A DNA stretch of 64,000 nt, from positions 162,378,001 to 162,442,000 of the forward strand of contig OZ024742.1 in assembly GCA_964016885.1 (NCBI GenBank). The letters are read 5' to 3'. The DNA comes from Eledone cirrhosa (Eukaryota). The notes under the pieces were generated by a model, which worked only from the letters and a program-made list of their open reading frames with translations, had not been told where the DNA came from and did not search any database. Shown here piece after piece: positions 53,901-64,000 of the stretch; positions within the stretch are counted from its first letter, which is position 1; the number at the start of each line of letters is the position of its first letter. The position numbers and the translations under genes were made by a program.

Positions 53901-56900
53901 GTGTGTGAGAGGTAATGAGTGTCTGTGTGTGAGAGGGAATGAGAGTCTGTGTGTGAGAGGTAATGAGTGTCAGTGTGTGAGAGGAAATGAAAGTCTGTGT
54001 GTGAGAGTTAATGAGTGTCTGTGTGTGAGAGGAAATGAAAGTCTGTGTGTGTGAGCTAATGAGTGTCTGTGTGCGTGAGAGGTAATGGGTGTCTGTGTGT
54101 GAGAGTTAACGAGTGTCTGTGTGTGTGTGAGAGGTAATGAGTGTCTGTGTGTGTGTGAGCTAAAGAGTGTGTGTGAGAGGTAATGAGTGTCAGTGTGTGT
54201 GTGAGGTAATGAGTGTCTGTGTGTGTGAGATTTAAGGAGTGTCTGTGTGAGAGAGGTAATGAGTGTCTGTGTGTGTGTGACGTAACGAGTGTCTGTGTGT
54301 GTGAGGTAATGAGTGTCTGTGAGTGTGAGAGCTAATGAGTGTCTGTGTGTATGAGAGGTAATGGGTGTCTGTGTGTGAGAGGTAATGACTGTTTGTGTGT
54401 GTGTGAGAGGTAATGAATTTCTGTGTGAGAGAGGTAATGAGTGTCTGTGTGTGTGAGGGAATGAGTGTCTGTGTTTGTGAGAGGTAATGAGTGCCTGTGT
54501 GAGTGAGGTAATGAGTGTCTGTGTGTGTCAGGTAATGAGTGTCTGTGTGTGTGAGGTAATGAGTGTCTGTGTGTATGAGGTAATGAGAGTCTGTGTGTGT
54601 GAGGTAATGAGTGTCTGTATGTGTGAGAGGTAATGAGTGTTTGTGTTTGTAGGAGGTAATGAGTGTCTGTGTCAGAGAGGTAATGAGTGTATGTGTGAGA
54701 GAGGTAATGAGTGTCTGTGAGTGTGAGGTAATGAGTGTCTGTCTGTGTGAGAGGTAATGAGTGTCTGTGTGTGTGAGAGGTAATGAGTGTCTGTGTGTGT
54801 GAGGTAATGAGTGTCTGTGAGTGTGAGGTAATGAGTGTCTGTGAGTGTGAGGTTATGAGTGTTTGTGTGTGAGAGGTAATGAGTGTCTGTGAGTGTGAGG
54901 TAATGAGTGTCTGTGTGTGTTAGAGGTAATGAGTGTCTGTGTGTGTGTGAGAGGTAATGAGTGTCTGTGTGTGAGAGGTAATGAGTGTCTGTGTGTGAGA
55001 GTTAATAATCCTCTGCTTTTGTGTGAGGTAATGAGTGTCTGTGTGAGAGTGTTAATGAGTGTATGTGTGAGAGAGGTAATGAGTGTCTGTGTGTGAGAGG
55101 ATATGAAAGTATGTGTGTGTGAGGTAATGTGTCTGTGTGTGTGTGTGAGAGGTAATGAGTGTCTGTGTGAAAGAGGCAATGAGTGTCTGTGTGTGTGAGG
55201 TAATGAGTGTCACGGTGTGCGAGGTAATGAGTGACTGTGTATGAGAGGTAATGAGGGTCTGTGTGTGTGTGATGTAATGAGTGTCTGTGTGTGTGTGAGG
55301 TAATGAGTGTCTGTGTGTGAGAGGTAATGAGTGTCTGTGCGTGAGAGGTAATGAGTGTCTGTGTGTGTGTGAGTGGTAATGAGTGTATGTGAGGTAATGA
55401 GTGAGTGTAAGAGGTAATGAGTATCTGTGTGTCTGAGGTAATGAGTGTCTGTGTGTGTGTGTGAGTTAATGAGTGTCTGTGTTTGTGTGAGGTAATGAGT
55501 GTCTGTGTGCGTGAGAGGTAATGAGTATCTGTGAGTGTGAGGTAATGAGTGTCTGTGTGTGTGAGAGGTAATGAGTGTTTGTGTGTGAGAGGTAATGTGT
55601 ATCTGTGTGTGTGTGGTAATGAGTGTCTGTGTGTGTGTGATGTAATGAGTGTCTGTGTGTGTGAGAGGTAATGAGTGTCTGTGTGTGAGAGGTAATGAGT
55701 GTCTGTGCATGAGAGGTAATGAGTGTCTGTGTGCATGAGAGGTAATGAGTGTCTGTGAGTGTGAGGTAATGAGTGTCTGTGTGTGTGTGAGGTAATGAGT
55801 GTCTGTGTGTGAGAGGTAATGAGTGTCTGCGTGTGAGAGTTAACGAGTGTCTGTGTGTGTGTGAGAGGTAATGAGTGTCTGTGTGTGTGTGAGCTAAAGA
55901 GTGTGTGTGAGAGGTAATGAGTGTCAGTGTGTGTGTGAGGTAATGAGTGTCTGTGTATGTGAGGTAATGAGTGTCTGTGTGTGTGTGAGGTAATGAGTGT
56001 ATGTGTGTGTGAGATAATGAGTCTCTGTGTGTGTGTGAGGTAATGATTGTCTGTCTGAGTGAGGTAATGAGTGTCTGTGTGTGTGAGAGCTAATGAGTGT
56101 CTGTGTGTGAGAGGTAATGAGTGTCTGTGTGTGTGTGTGAGAGGTAATGAGTATCTGTGTGTGCGTGAGCTAATGAGTTTCTGTGTGTGTGAGAAGTAAT
56201 GGGTGTCTGTGTGAGATAGGTAATGAGTGTCTGTGTGTGAGAGGTAATGAGTGTCTGTGTGTGTGTGAGAGGTAATGAGTGTCTGTGTGTGTGTGAGGTA
56301 ATGAGTGTGTGTGAGAGGTAATGAGTGTCTGTGTGACAGAGATAAAGAGTGGCTGTGTGTGTGTGTGTGAGATAATGAGGCTCTCTGTGTGAGGTAATGA
56401 GTGTCTGCCTGAATGAGGTAATGAGTGTCTGTGTGTGCGTGATGTAATGAGTGTCTGTGTGTGTGTGAGGTAATGAGTGTCTGTGTGTGAGAGGTAATGA
56501 GTGTCTGTGTGTATGTTTAGGTAATGAGTGTGTGTGAGAGGTAATGAGTGTCTGTGTGTGAGAGGGAATGATAGTCTGTGTGTGAGAGGTAATGAGTGTC
56601 AGTGTGTGAGAGGTAATGAGTGTCTGTGTGTGAGAGGTAATTAGTGTCAGTGTGTGAGAGTTAATGGGTGTCTGTGTGTGAGAAGAAATGAAAGTCTGTG
56701 TGTGTGAGGTAATGTATGTCTGTGTGTGTGTGTGAGAGGTAATGAGTATCTGTGTGTGTGAGCTAATGAGTGTCTGTGTGCGTGAGAGGTAATGGGTGTC
56801 TGTGTGAGATAGGTAATGAGTGTCTGTGTGTGAGAAGTAATGAGTATCTGTGTGTGTGTGAGGTAATGTGTGTCTGTGTGTGAGAGGTAATGAGTGTCTG

Positions 56901-59900
56901 TGTGTGTGTGAGGTAATGAGTGTCTGTTTGTGAGAGGTAATGAGTGTCTGTGTGTGAGAGTTAACGAGTGTCTGTGTGTGTGTGAAAGGTAATGAGTGTC
57001 TGTGTGTGTGTGAGCTAAAGAGTGTGTGTGAGAGGTAATGAGTGTCAGTGTGTGTGTGAGGTAATGAGTGTCTGTGTGTGTGAGATTTAAGGAGTGTCTG
57101 TGTGAGAGAGTTAATGAGTGTCTGTGTGTGTGTGAGGTAACGAGTGTCTGTGTGTGTGAGGTAATGAGTGTCTGTGAGTGTGAGAGCTAATGAGTGTCTG
57201 TGTATGTGAGAGGTAATGGGTGTCTGTGTGTGAGAGGTAATGACTGTTTGTGTGTGTGTGAGAGGTAATGAATTTCTGTGTGAGAGAGGTAATGAGTGTC
57301 TGTGTGTGTGAGGGAATGAGTGCCTGTGTTTGTGAGAGGTAATGAGTGCCTGTGTGAGAGAGGTAATGCGTGTCTGTGTGTATGAGAGGTAATGTGTGTC
57401 TGTGTGAGAGAGCTAATGAGTGTCTATGTGTGTGTGTGAGGGTATGAGTGTCTGTGTTGCTCAGGTAATGAGAGTCTGTGGGTGTGAAAGCCAATGAGTG
57501 TCAGTGTGTGTGTGAGGTAAAGAGTGTGTTGTGATAGGTAATGACTGTCTGTGTGAAAGAGGTAATCAGTGTCTGTGTGTGTGAGGTAATGAATGTCACA
57601 CTGTGCGAGGTAATGAGTGTCTGTGTATGTGAGGTAATGAGTGTCTGTGTGTGTGTGAGGTAATGAGTGTATGTGTGTGTGAGATAATGAGTCTCTGTGT
57701 GTGTGTGAGGTTATGATTGTCTGTCTGAGTGAGGTAATGAGTGTCTGTGTGTGTGTGATGTAATGAGTGTCTGTGTGTGTGAGAGCTAATGAGTGTCTGT
57801 GTGTGTGTGAGGTAATGAGTGTCTGTGTGTGTGTGTGAGAGGTAATGAGTATCTGTGTGTGTGTGAGCTAATGAGTTTCTGTGTGTGTGAGAGGTAATGG
57901 GTGTCTGTGTGAGATAGGTAATGAGTGTCTGTGTGTGAGAGGTAATGAGTGTCTGTGTGTGTGTGAGAGGTAATGAGTGTCTGTGTGTGTGTGAGGTAAT
58001 GAGTGTGTGTGAGAGGTAATGAGTGTCTGTGTGAGAGAGATAAAGAGTGGCTGTGTGTGTGTGTGTGAGATAATGAGGCTCTCTGTGTGAGGTAATGAGT
58101 GTCTGCCTGAATGAGGTAATGAGTGTCTGTGTGTGTGTGATGTAATGAGTGTCTGTGTGTGTGTGAGGTAATGAGTGTCTGTGTGTGAGAGGTAATGAGT
58201 GTCTGTGTGTATGTTTAGGTAATGAGTGTGTGTGAGAGGTAATGAGTGTCTGTGTGTGAGAGGGAATGAGAGTCTGTGTGTGAGAGGTAATGAGTGTCAG
58301 TGTGTTAGAGGTAATTAGTGTCAGTGTGTGAGAGTTAATGAGTGTCTGTGTGTGAGAGGTAATTAGTGTCAGTGTGTGAGAGTTAATGAGTGTCTGTGTG
58401 TGAGAGGAAATGAAAGTCTGTGTGTGTGAGCTAATGAGTGTCTGTGTGCGTGAGAGGTAATGGGTGTCTGTGTGAGATAGGTAATGAGTGTCTGTGTGTG
58501 TGTGATGTAATGAGTGTCTGTGTGTGTGTGAGGTAATGAGTGTCTGTGTGTGAGAGGTAATGAGTGTCTGTGTGTATGTTTAGGTAATGAGTGTGTGTGA
58601 GAGGTAATGAGTGTCTGTGTGTGAGAGGGAATGAGAGTCTGTGTGTGAGAGGTAATGAGTGTCAGTGTGTGAGAGGTAATTAGTGTCAGTGTGTGAGAGT
58701 TAATGAGTGTCTGTGTGTGAGAGGTAATTAGTGTCAGTGTGTGAGAGTTAATGAGTGTCTGTGTGTGAGTGGAAATGAAAGTCTGTGTGTGTGAGCTAAT
58801 GAGTGTCTGTGTGCGTGAGAGGTAATGGGTGTCTGTGTGAGATAGGTAATGAGTGTCTGTGTGTGTGTGATGTAATGAGTGTCTCTGTGTGTGTGAGGTA
58901 ATGAGTGTCTGTGTGTGAGAGGTAATGAGTGTCTGTGTGTATGTTTAGGTAATGAGTGTGTGTGAGAGGTAATGAGTGTCTGTGTGTGAGAGGGAATGAG
59001 AGTCGGTGTGTGAGAGGTAATGAGTGTCAGTGTGTGAGAGGTAATTAGTGTCAGTGTGTGAGAGTTAATGTGTGTCTGTGTGTGAGAGGTAATTAGTGTC
59101 AGTGTGTGAGAGTTAATGAGTGTCTGTGTGTGAGAGGAAATGAAAGTCTGTGTGTGTGAGCTAATGAGTGTCTGTGTGCGTGAGAGGTAATGGGTGTCTG
59201 TGTGAGATAGGTAATGAGTGTCTGTGTGTGAGAAGTAATGAGTATCTGTGTGTGTGTGAGGTAATGAGTGTCTGTGTGTGAGAGGTAATGAGTGTCTGTG
59301 TGTGTGTGATGTAATGAGTGTCTGTGTGTGAGAGTTAACGAGTGTCTGTGTGTGTGTGAGAAGTAATGAGTGTCTGTGTGTGTGTGAGCTAAAGAGTGTG
59401 TGTGAGAGGTAATGAGTGTCAGTGTGTGTGTGAGGTAATGAGTGTCTGTGTGTGTGAGATTTAAGGAGTGTCTGTGTGAGAGAGGTAATGAGTGTCTGTG
59501 TGTGTGTGAGGTAACGAGTGTCTGTGTGTGTGAGGTAATGAGTGTCTGTGAGTGTGAGAGCTAATGAGTGTCTGTGTGTATGAGAGGTAATGGGTGTCTG
59601 TGTGTGAGAGGTAATGACTGTTTGTGTGTGTGTGAGAGGTAATGAATTTCTGTGTGAGAGAGGTAATGAGTGTCTGTGTGTGTGAGGGAATGAGTGTCTG
59701 TGTTTGTGAGAGGTAATGAGTGCCTGTGTGAGTGAGGTAATGAGTGTCTGTGTGTGTGAGGTAATGAGTGTCTGTGTGTGTGAGGTAATGAGTGTCTGTG
59801 TGTATGAGGTAATGAGAGTCTGTGTGTGTGAGGTAATGAGTGTCTGTATGTGTGAGAGGTAATGAGTGTTTGTGTTTGTAGGAGGTAATGAGTGTCTGTG

Positions 59901-62900
59901 TCAGAGAGGTAATGAGTGTATGTGTGAGAGAGGTAATGAGTGTCTGTGTGTGTGTGAGGTTATGAGTGTTTGTGTGTGAGAGGTAATGAGTGTCTGTGTG
60001 CGTGAGAGCTAATGGGTGTCTGTGTGTGAGAGTTAACGAGTGTCTGTGTGTGTGTGAGAGGTAATGAGTGTCTGTGTGTGTGTGAGCTAAAGAGTGTGTG
60101 TGAGAGGTAATGAGTGTCAGTGTGTGTGTGAGGTAATGAGTGTCTGTGTGTGTGAGATTTAAGGAGTGTCTGTGTGAGAGAGGTAATGAGTGTCTGTGTG
60201 TGTGTGAGGTAACGAGTGTCTGTGTGTGTGAGAGCTAATGAGTGTCTGTGTGTGTGTGAGGTAATGAGTGTCTGTGTGTGTGTGTGAGAGGTAATGAGTA
60301 TCTGTGTGTGTGTGAGCTAATGAGTTTCTGTGTGTGTGAGAGGTAATGGGTGTCTGTGTGAGATAGGTAATGAGTGTCTGTGTGTGAGAGGTAATGAGTG
60401 TCTGTGTGTGTGTGAGAGGTAATGAGTGTCTGTGTGTGTGTGAGGTAATGAGTGTGTGTGAGAGGTAATGAGTGTCTGTGTGAGAGAGATAAAGAGTGGC
60501 TGTGTGTGTGTGTGTGAGATAATGAGGCTCTCTGTGTGAGGTAATGAGTGTCTGCCTGAATGAGGTAATGAGTGTCTGTGTGTGTGTGATGTAATGAGTG
60601 TCTGTGTGTGTGTGAGGTAATGAGTGTCTGTGTGTGAGAGGTAATGAGTGTCTGTGTGTATGTTTAGGTAATGAGTGTGTGTGAGAGGTAATGAGTGTCT
60701 GTGTGTGAGAGGGAATGAGAGTCTGTGTGTGAGAGGTAATGAGTGTCAGTGTGTTAGAGGTAATTAGTGTCAGTGTGTGAGAGTTAATGAGTGTCTGTGT
60801 GTGAGAGGTAATTAGTGTCAGTGTGTGAGAGTTAATGAGTGTCTGTGTGTGAGAGGAAATGAAAGTCTGTGTGTGTGAGCTAATGAGTGTCTGTGTGCGT
60901 GAGAGGTAATGGGTGTCTGTGTGAGATAGGTAATGAGTGTCTGTGTGTGTGTGATGTAATGAGTGTCTGTGTGTGTGTGAGGTAATGAGTGTCTGTGTGT
61001 GAGAGTTAATGAGTGTCTGTGTGTATGTTTAGGTAATGAGTGTGTGTGAGAAGTAATGATTGTCTGTGTGTGAGAGGGAATGAGAGTCTGTGTGTGAGAG
61101 GTAATGAGTGTCAGTGTGTGAGAGGTAATTAGTGTCAGTGTGTGAGAGTTAATGAGTGTCTGTGTGTGAGAGGTAATTAGTGTCAGTGTGTGAGAGTTAA
61201 TGAGTGTCTGTGTGTGAGTGGAAATGAAAGTCTGTGTGTGTGAGCTAATGAGTGTCTGTGTGCGTGAGAGGTAATGGGTGTCTGTGTGAGATAGGTAATG
61301 AGTGTCTGTGTGTGTGTGATGTAATGAGTGTCTCTGTGTGTGTGAGGTAATGAGTGTCTGTGTGTGAGAGGTAATGAGTGTCTGTGTGTATGTTTAGGTA
61401 ATGAGTGTGTGTGAGAGGTAATAAGTGTCTGTGTGTATGTTTAGGTAATGAGTGTGTGTGAGAGGTAATGAGTGTCTGTGTGTGAGAGGGAATGAGAGTC
61501 GGTGTGTGAGAGGTAATGAGTGTCAGTGTGTGAGAGGTAATTAGTGTCAGTGTGTGAGAGTTAATGTGTGTCTGTGTGTGAGAGGTAATTAGTGTCAGTG
61601 TGTGAGAGTTAATGAGTGTCTGTGTGTGAGAGGAAATGAAAGTCTGTGTGTGTGAGCTAATGAGTGTCTGTGTGCGTGAGAGGTAATGGGTGTCTGTGTG
61701 AGATAGGTAATGAGTGTCTGTGTGTGAGAAGTAATGAGTATCTGTGTGTGTGTGAGGTAATGAGTGTCTGTGTGTGAGAGGTAATGAGTGTCTGTGTGTG
61801 TGTGATGTAATGAGTGTCTGTGTGTGAGAGTTAACGAGTGTCTGTGTGTGTGTGAGAAGTAATGAGTGTCTGTGTGTGTGTGAGCTAAAGAGTGTGTGTG
61901 AGAGGTAATGAGTGTCAGTGTGTGTGTGAGGTAATGAGTGTCTGTGTGTGTGAGATTTAAGGAGTGTCTGTGTGAGAGAGGTAATGAGTGTCTGTGTGTG
62001 TGTGAGGTAACGAGTGTCTGTGTGTGTGAGGTAATGAGTGTCTGTGAGTGTGAGAGCTAATGAGTGTCTGTGTGTATGAGAGGTAATGGGTGTCTGTGTG
62101 TGAGAGGTAATGACTGTTTGTGTGTGTGTGAGAGGTAATGAATTTCTGTGTGAGAGAGGTAATGAGTGTCTGTGTGTGTGAGGGAATGAGTGTCTGTGTT
62201 TGTGAGAGGTAATGAGTGCCTGTGTGAGTGAGGTAATGAGTGTCTGTGTGTGTGAGGTAATGAGTGTCTGTGTGTGTGAGGTAATGAGTGTCTGTGTGTA
62301 TGAGGTAATGAGAGTCTGTGTGTGTGAGGTAATGAGTGTCTGTATGTGTGAGAGGTAATGAGTGTTTGTGTTTGTAGGAGGTAATGAGTGTCTGTGTCAG
62401 AGAGGTAATGAGTGTATGTGTGAGAGAGGTAATGAGTGTCTGTGTGTGTGTGAGGTTATGAGTGTTTGTGTGTGAGAGGTAATGAGTGTCTGTGTGCGTG
62501 AGAGCTAATGGGTGTCTGTGTGTGAGAGTTAACGAGTGTCTGTGTGTGTGTGAGAGGTAATGAGTGTCTGTGTGTGTGTGAGCTAAAGAGTGTGTGTGAG
62601 AGGTAATGAGTGTCAGTGTGTGTGTGAGGTAATGAGTGTCTGTGTGTGTGAGATTTAAGGAGTGTCTGTGTGAGAGAGGTAATGAGTGTCTGTGTGTGTG
62701 TGAGGTAACGAGTGTCTGTGTGTGTGAGGTAATGAGTGTCTGTGAGTGTGAGAGCTAATGAGTGTCTGTGTGTATGAGAGGTAATGGGTGTCTGTGTGTG
62801 AGAGGTAATGACTGTTTGTGTGTGTGTGAGAGGTAATGAATTTCTGTGTGAGAGAGGTAATGAGTGTCTGTGTGTGTGAGGGAATGAGTGTCTGTGTTTG

Positions 62901-64000
62901 TGAGAGGTAATGAGTGCCTGTGTGAGTGAGGTAATGAGTGTCTGTGTGTATGAGGTAATGAGAGTCTGTGTGTGTGAGGTAATGAGTGTCTGTATGTGTG
63001 AGAGGTAATGAGTGTTTGTGTTTGTAGGAGGTAATGAGTGTCTGTGTCAGAGAGGTAATGAGTGTATGTGTGAGAGAGGTAATGAGTGTCTGTGTGTGTG
63101 TGAGGTTATGAGTGTTTGTGTGTGAGAGGTAATGAGTGTCTGTGTGCGTGAGAGGTAATGAGTGTCTGTGAGAGAGGAAAAGAGTGTCTGTGTGTGTATG
63201 AGGTAATGAGTGTCTGTGTCAGAGAGGTAATGAGTGTATGTGTGTGAGAGGTAATGAGTGTCTGTGAGTGTGAGGTAATGAGTGTCTGTGTGTGTGAGAG
63301 GTAATGAGTGTCTGTGTGTGTGAGAGGTAATGAGTGTCTGTGTGTGTGAGGTAATGAGTGTCTGTGAGTGTGAGGTAATGAGTGTCTGTGAGTGTGAGGT
63401 TATGAGTGTTTGTGTGTGAGAGGTAATGAGTGTCTGTGAGTGTGAGGTAATGAGTGTCTGTGTGTGTTAGAGGTAATGAGTGTCTGTGTGTGTATGTGAG
63501 GTAATGAGTGTCTGTGTGTGAGAGTTAATAATCCTCTGCTTTTGTGTGAGGTAATGAGTGTCTGTGTGAGAGAGTTAATGAGTGTATGTGTGAGAGAGGT
63601 AATGAGTGTCTGTGTGTGAGAGGATATGAAAGTATGTGTGTGTGAGGTAATGTGTCTGTGTGTGTGTGTGAGAGGTAATGAGTATCTGTATGTGTGGGTG
63701 CTAATGAGTGTCAGTGTGTGAGTGAGGTAATGAGTGTCTGTGTGAGAGAGGTAATGAGTTTGTGTGTGACAGGTAATGAGTGTCTGTGTGAAAGAGGTAA
63801 TGAGTGTCTGTGTCAGAGAGGTAATGAGTGTATGTGTGTGAGAGGTAATGAGTGTCTGTGTGTGTGTGAGGTAATGAGTGTCTGTGTGTGAGAGGTAATG
63901 AGTGTCTGTGCGTGAGAGGTAATGAGTGTCTGTGTGTGTGTGAGTGGTAATGAGTGTATGTGAGGTAATGAGTGAGTGTAAGAGGTAATGAGTATCTGTG
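32967..64000. repeat. >31-kb GT-rich minisatellite, monomer ~20-30 bp (GA)GAGGTAATGAGTGTCT(GT)n, with higher-order repeats
   Basis: Continuous to the window end. Variant monomers recur in conserved order. Confidence 0.98.

Noticed and set aside
32943-63891. Long His/Thr-rich ORFs (up to 585 aa) on the minus strand
   Set aside because: They are translations of the satellite in interchangeable frames and are duplicated with the HOR. There is no gene structure.
32967-64000. CRISPR-like repeat/spacer or telomeric array
   Set aside because: The variable parts are only (GT)n/(GA)n, not unique spacers. There are no cas genes and no (TTAGGG)n tract.

Overview
Eukaryotic, repeat-dense window with no recognisable host gene. 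The SINE and LINE families and the (TA)n/(ATAC)n richness resemble a cephalopod such as Octopus (inference). Bases 1-33 kb are a nest of mobile elements: two near-complete Penelope-like retroelements (RT + GIY-YIG; one with 1-kb inverted arms, one with 1-kb direct pLTRs), a third PLE fragment, an IR/DR Tc1 transposon, RTE, RNase H-LINE and R4/Dong-like fragments, tRNA-derived SINEs, a non-autonomous Helitron and a non-coding LTR element. Bases 33-64 kb are one GT-rich minisatellite (GAGGTAATGAGTGTCT(GT)n) with ~365-bp and ~12-kb higher-order structure. The main hidden signal is about 14 type I hammerhead-ribozyme motifs from 7 distinct sequence families within the first 22.5 kb. They include a non-coding 562-bp tandem array with one long-stem-II hammerhead per unit and a 322-bp unit with a minimal hammerhead, both candidate circRNA-producing retrozymes. 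All calls were read by eye; no searches or folding programs were run.
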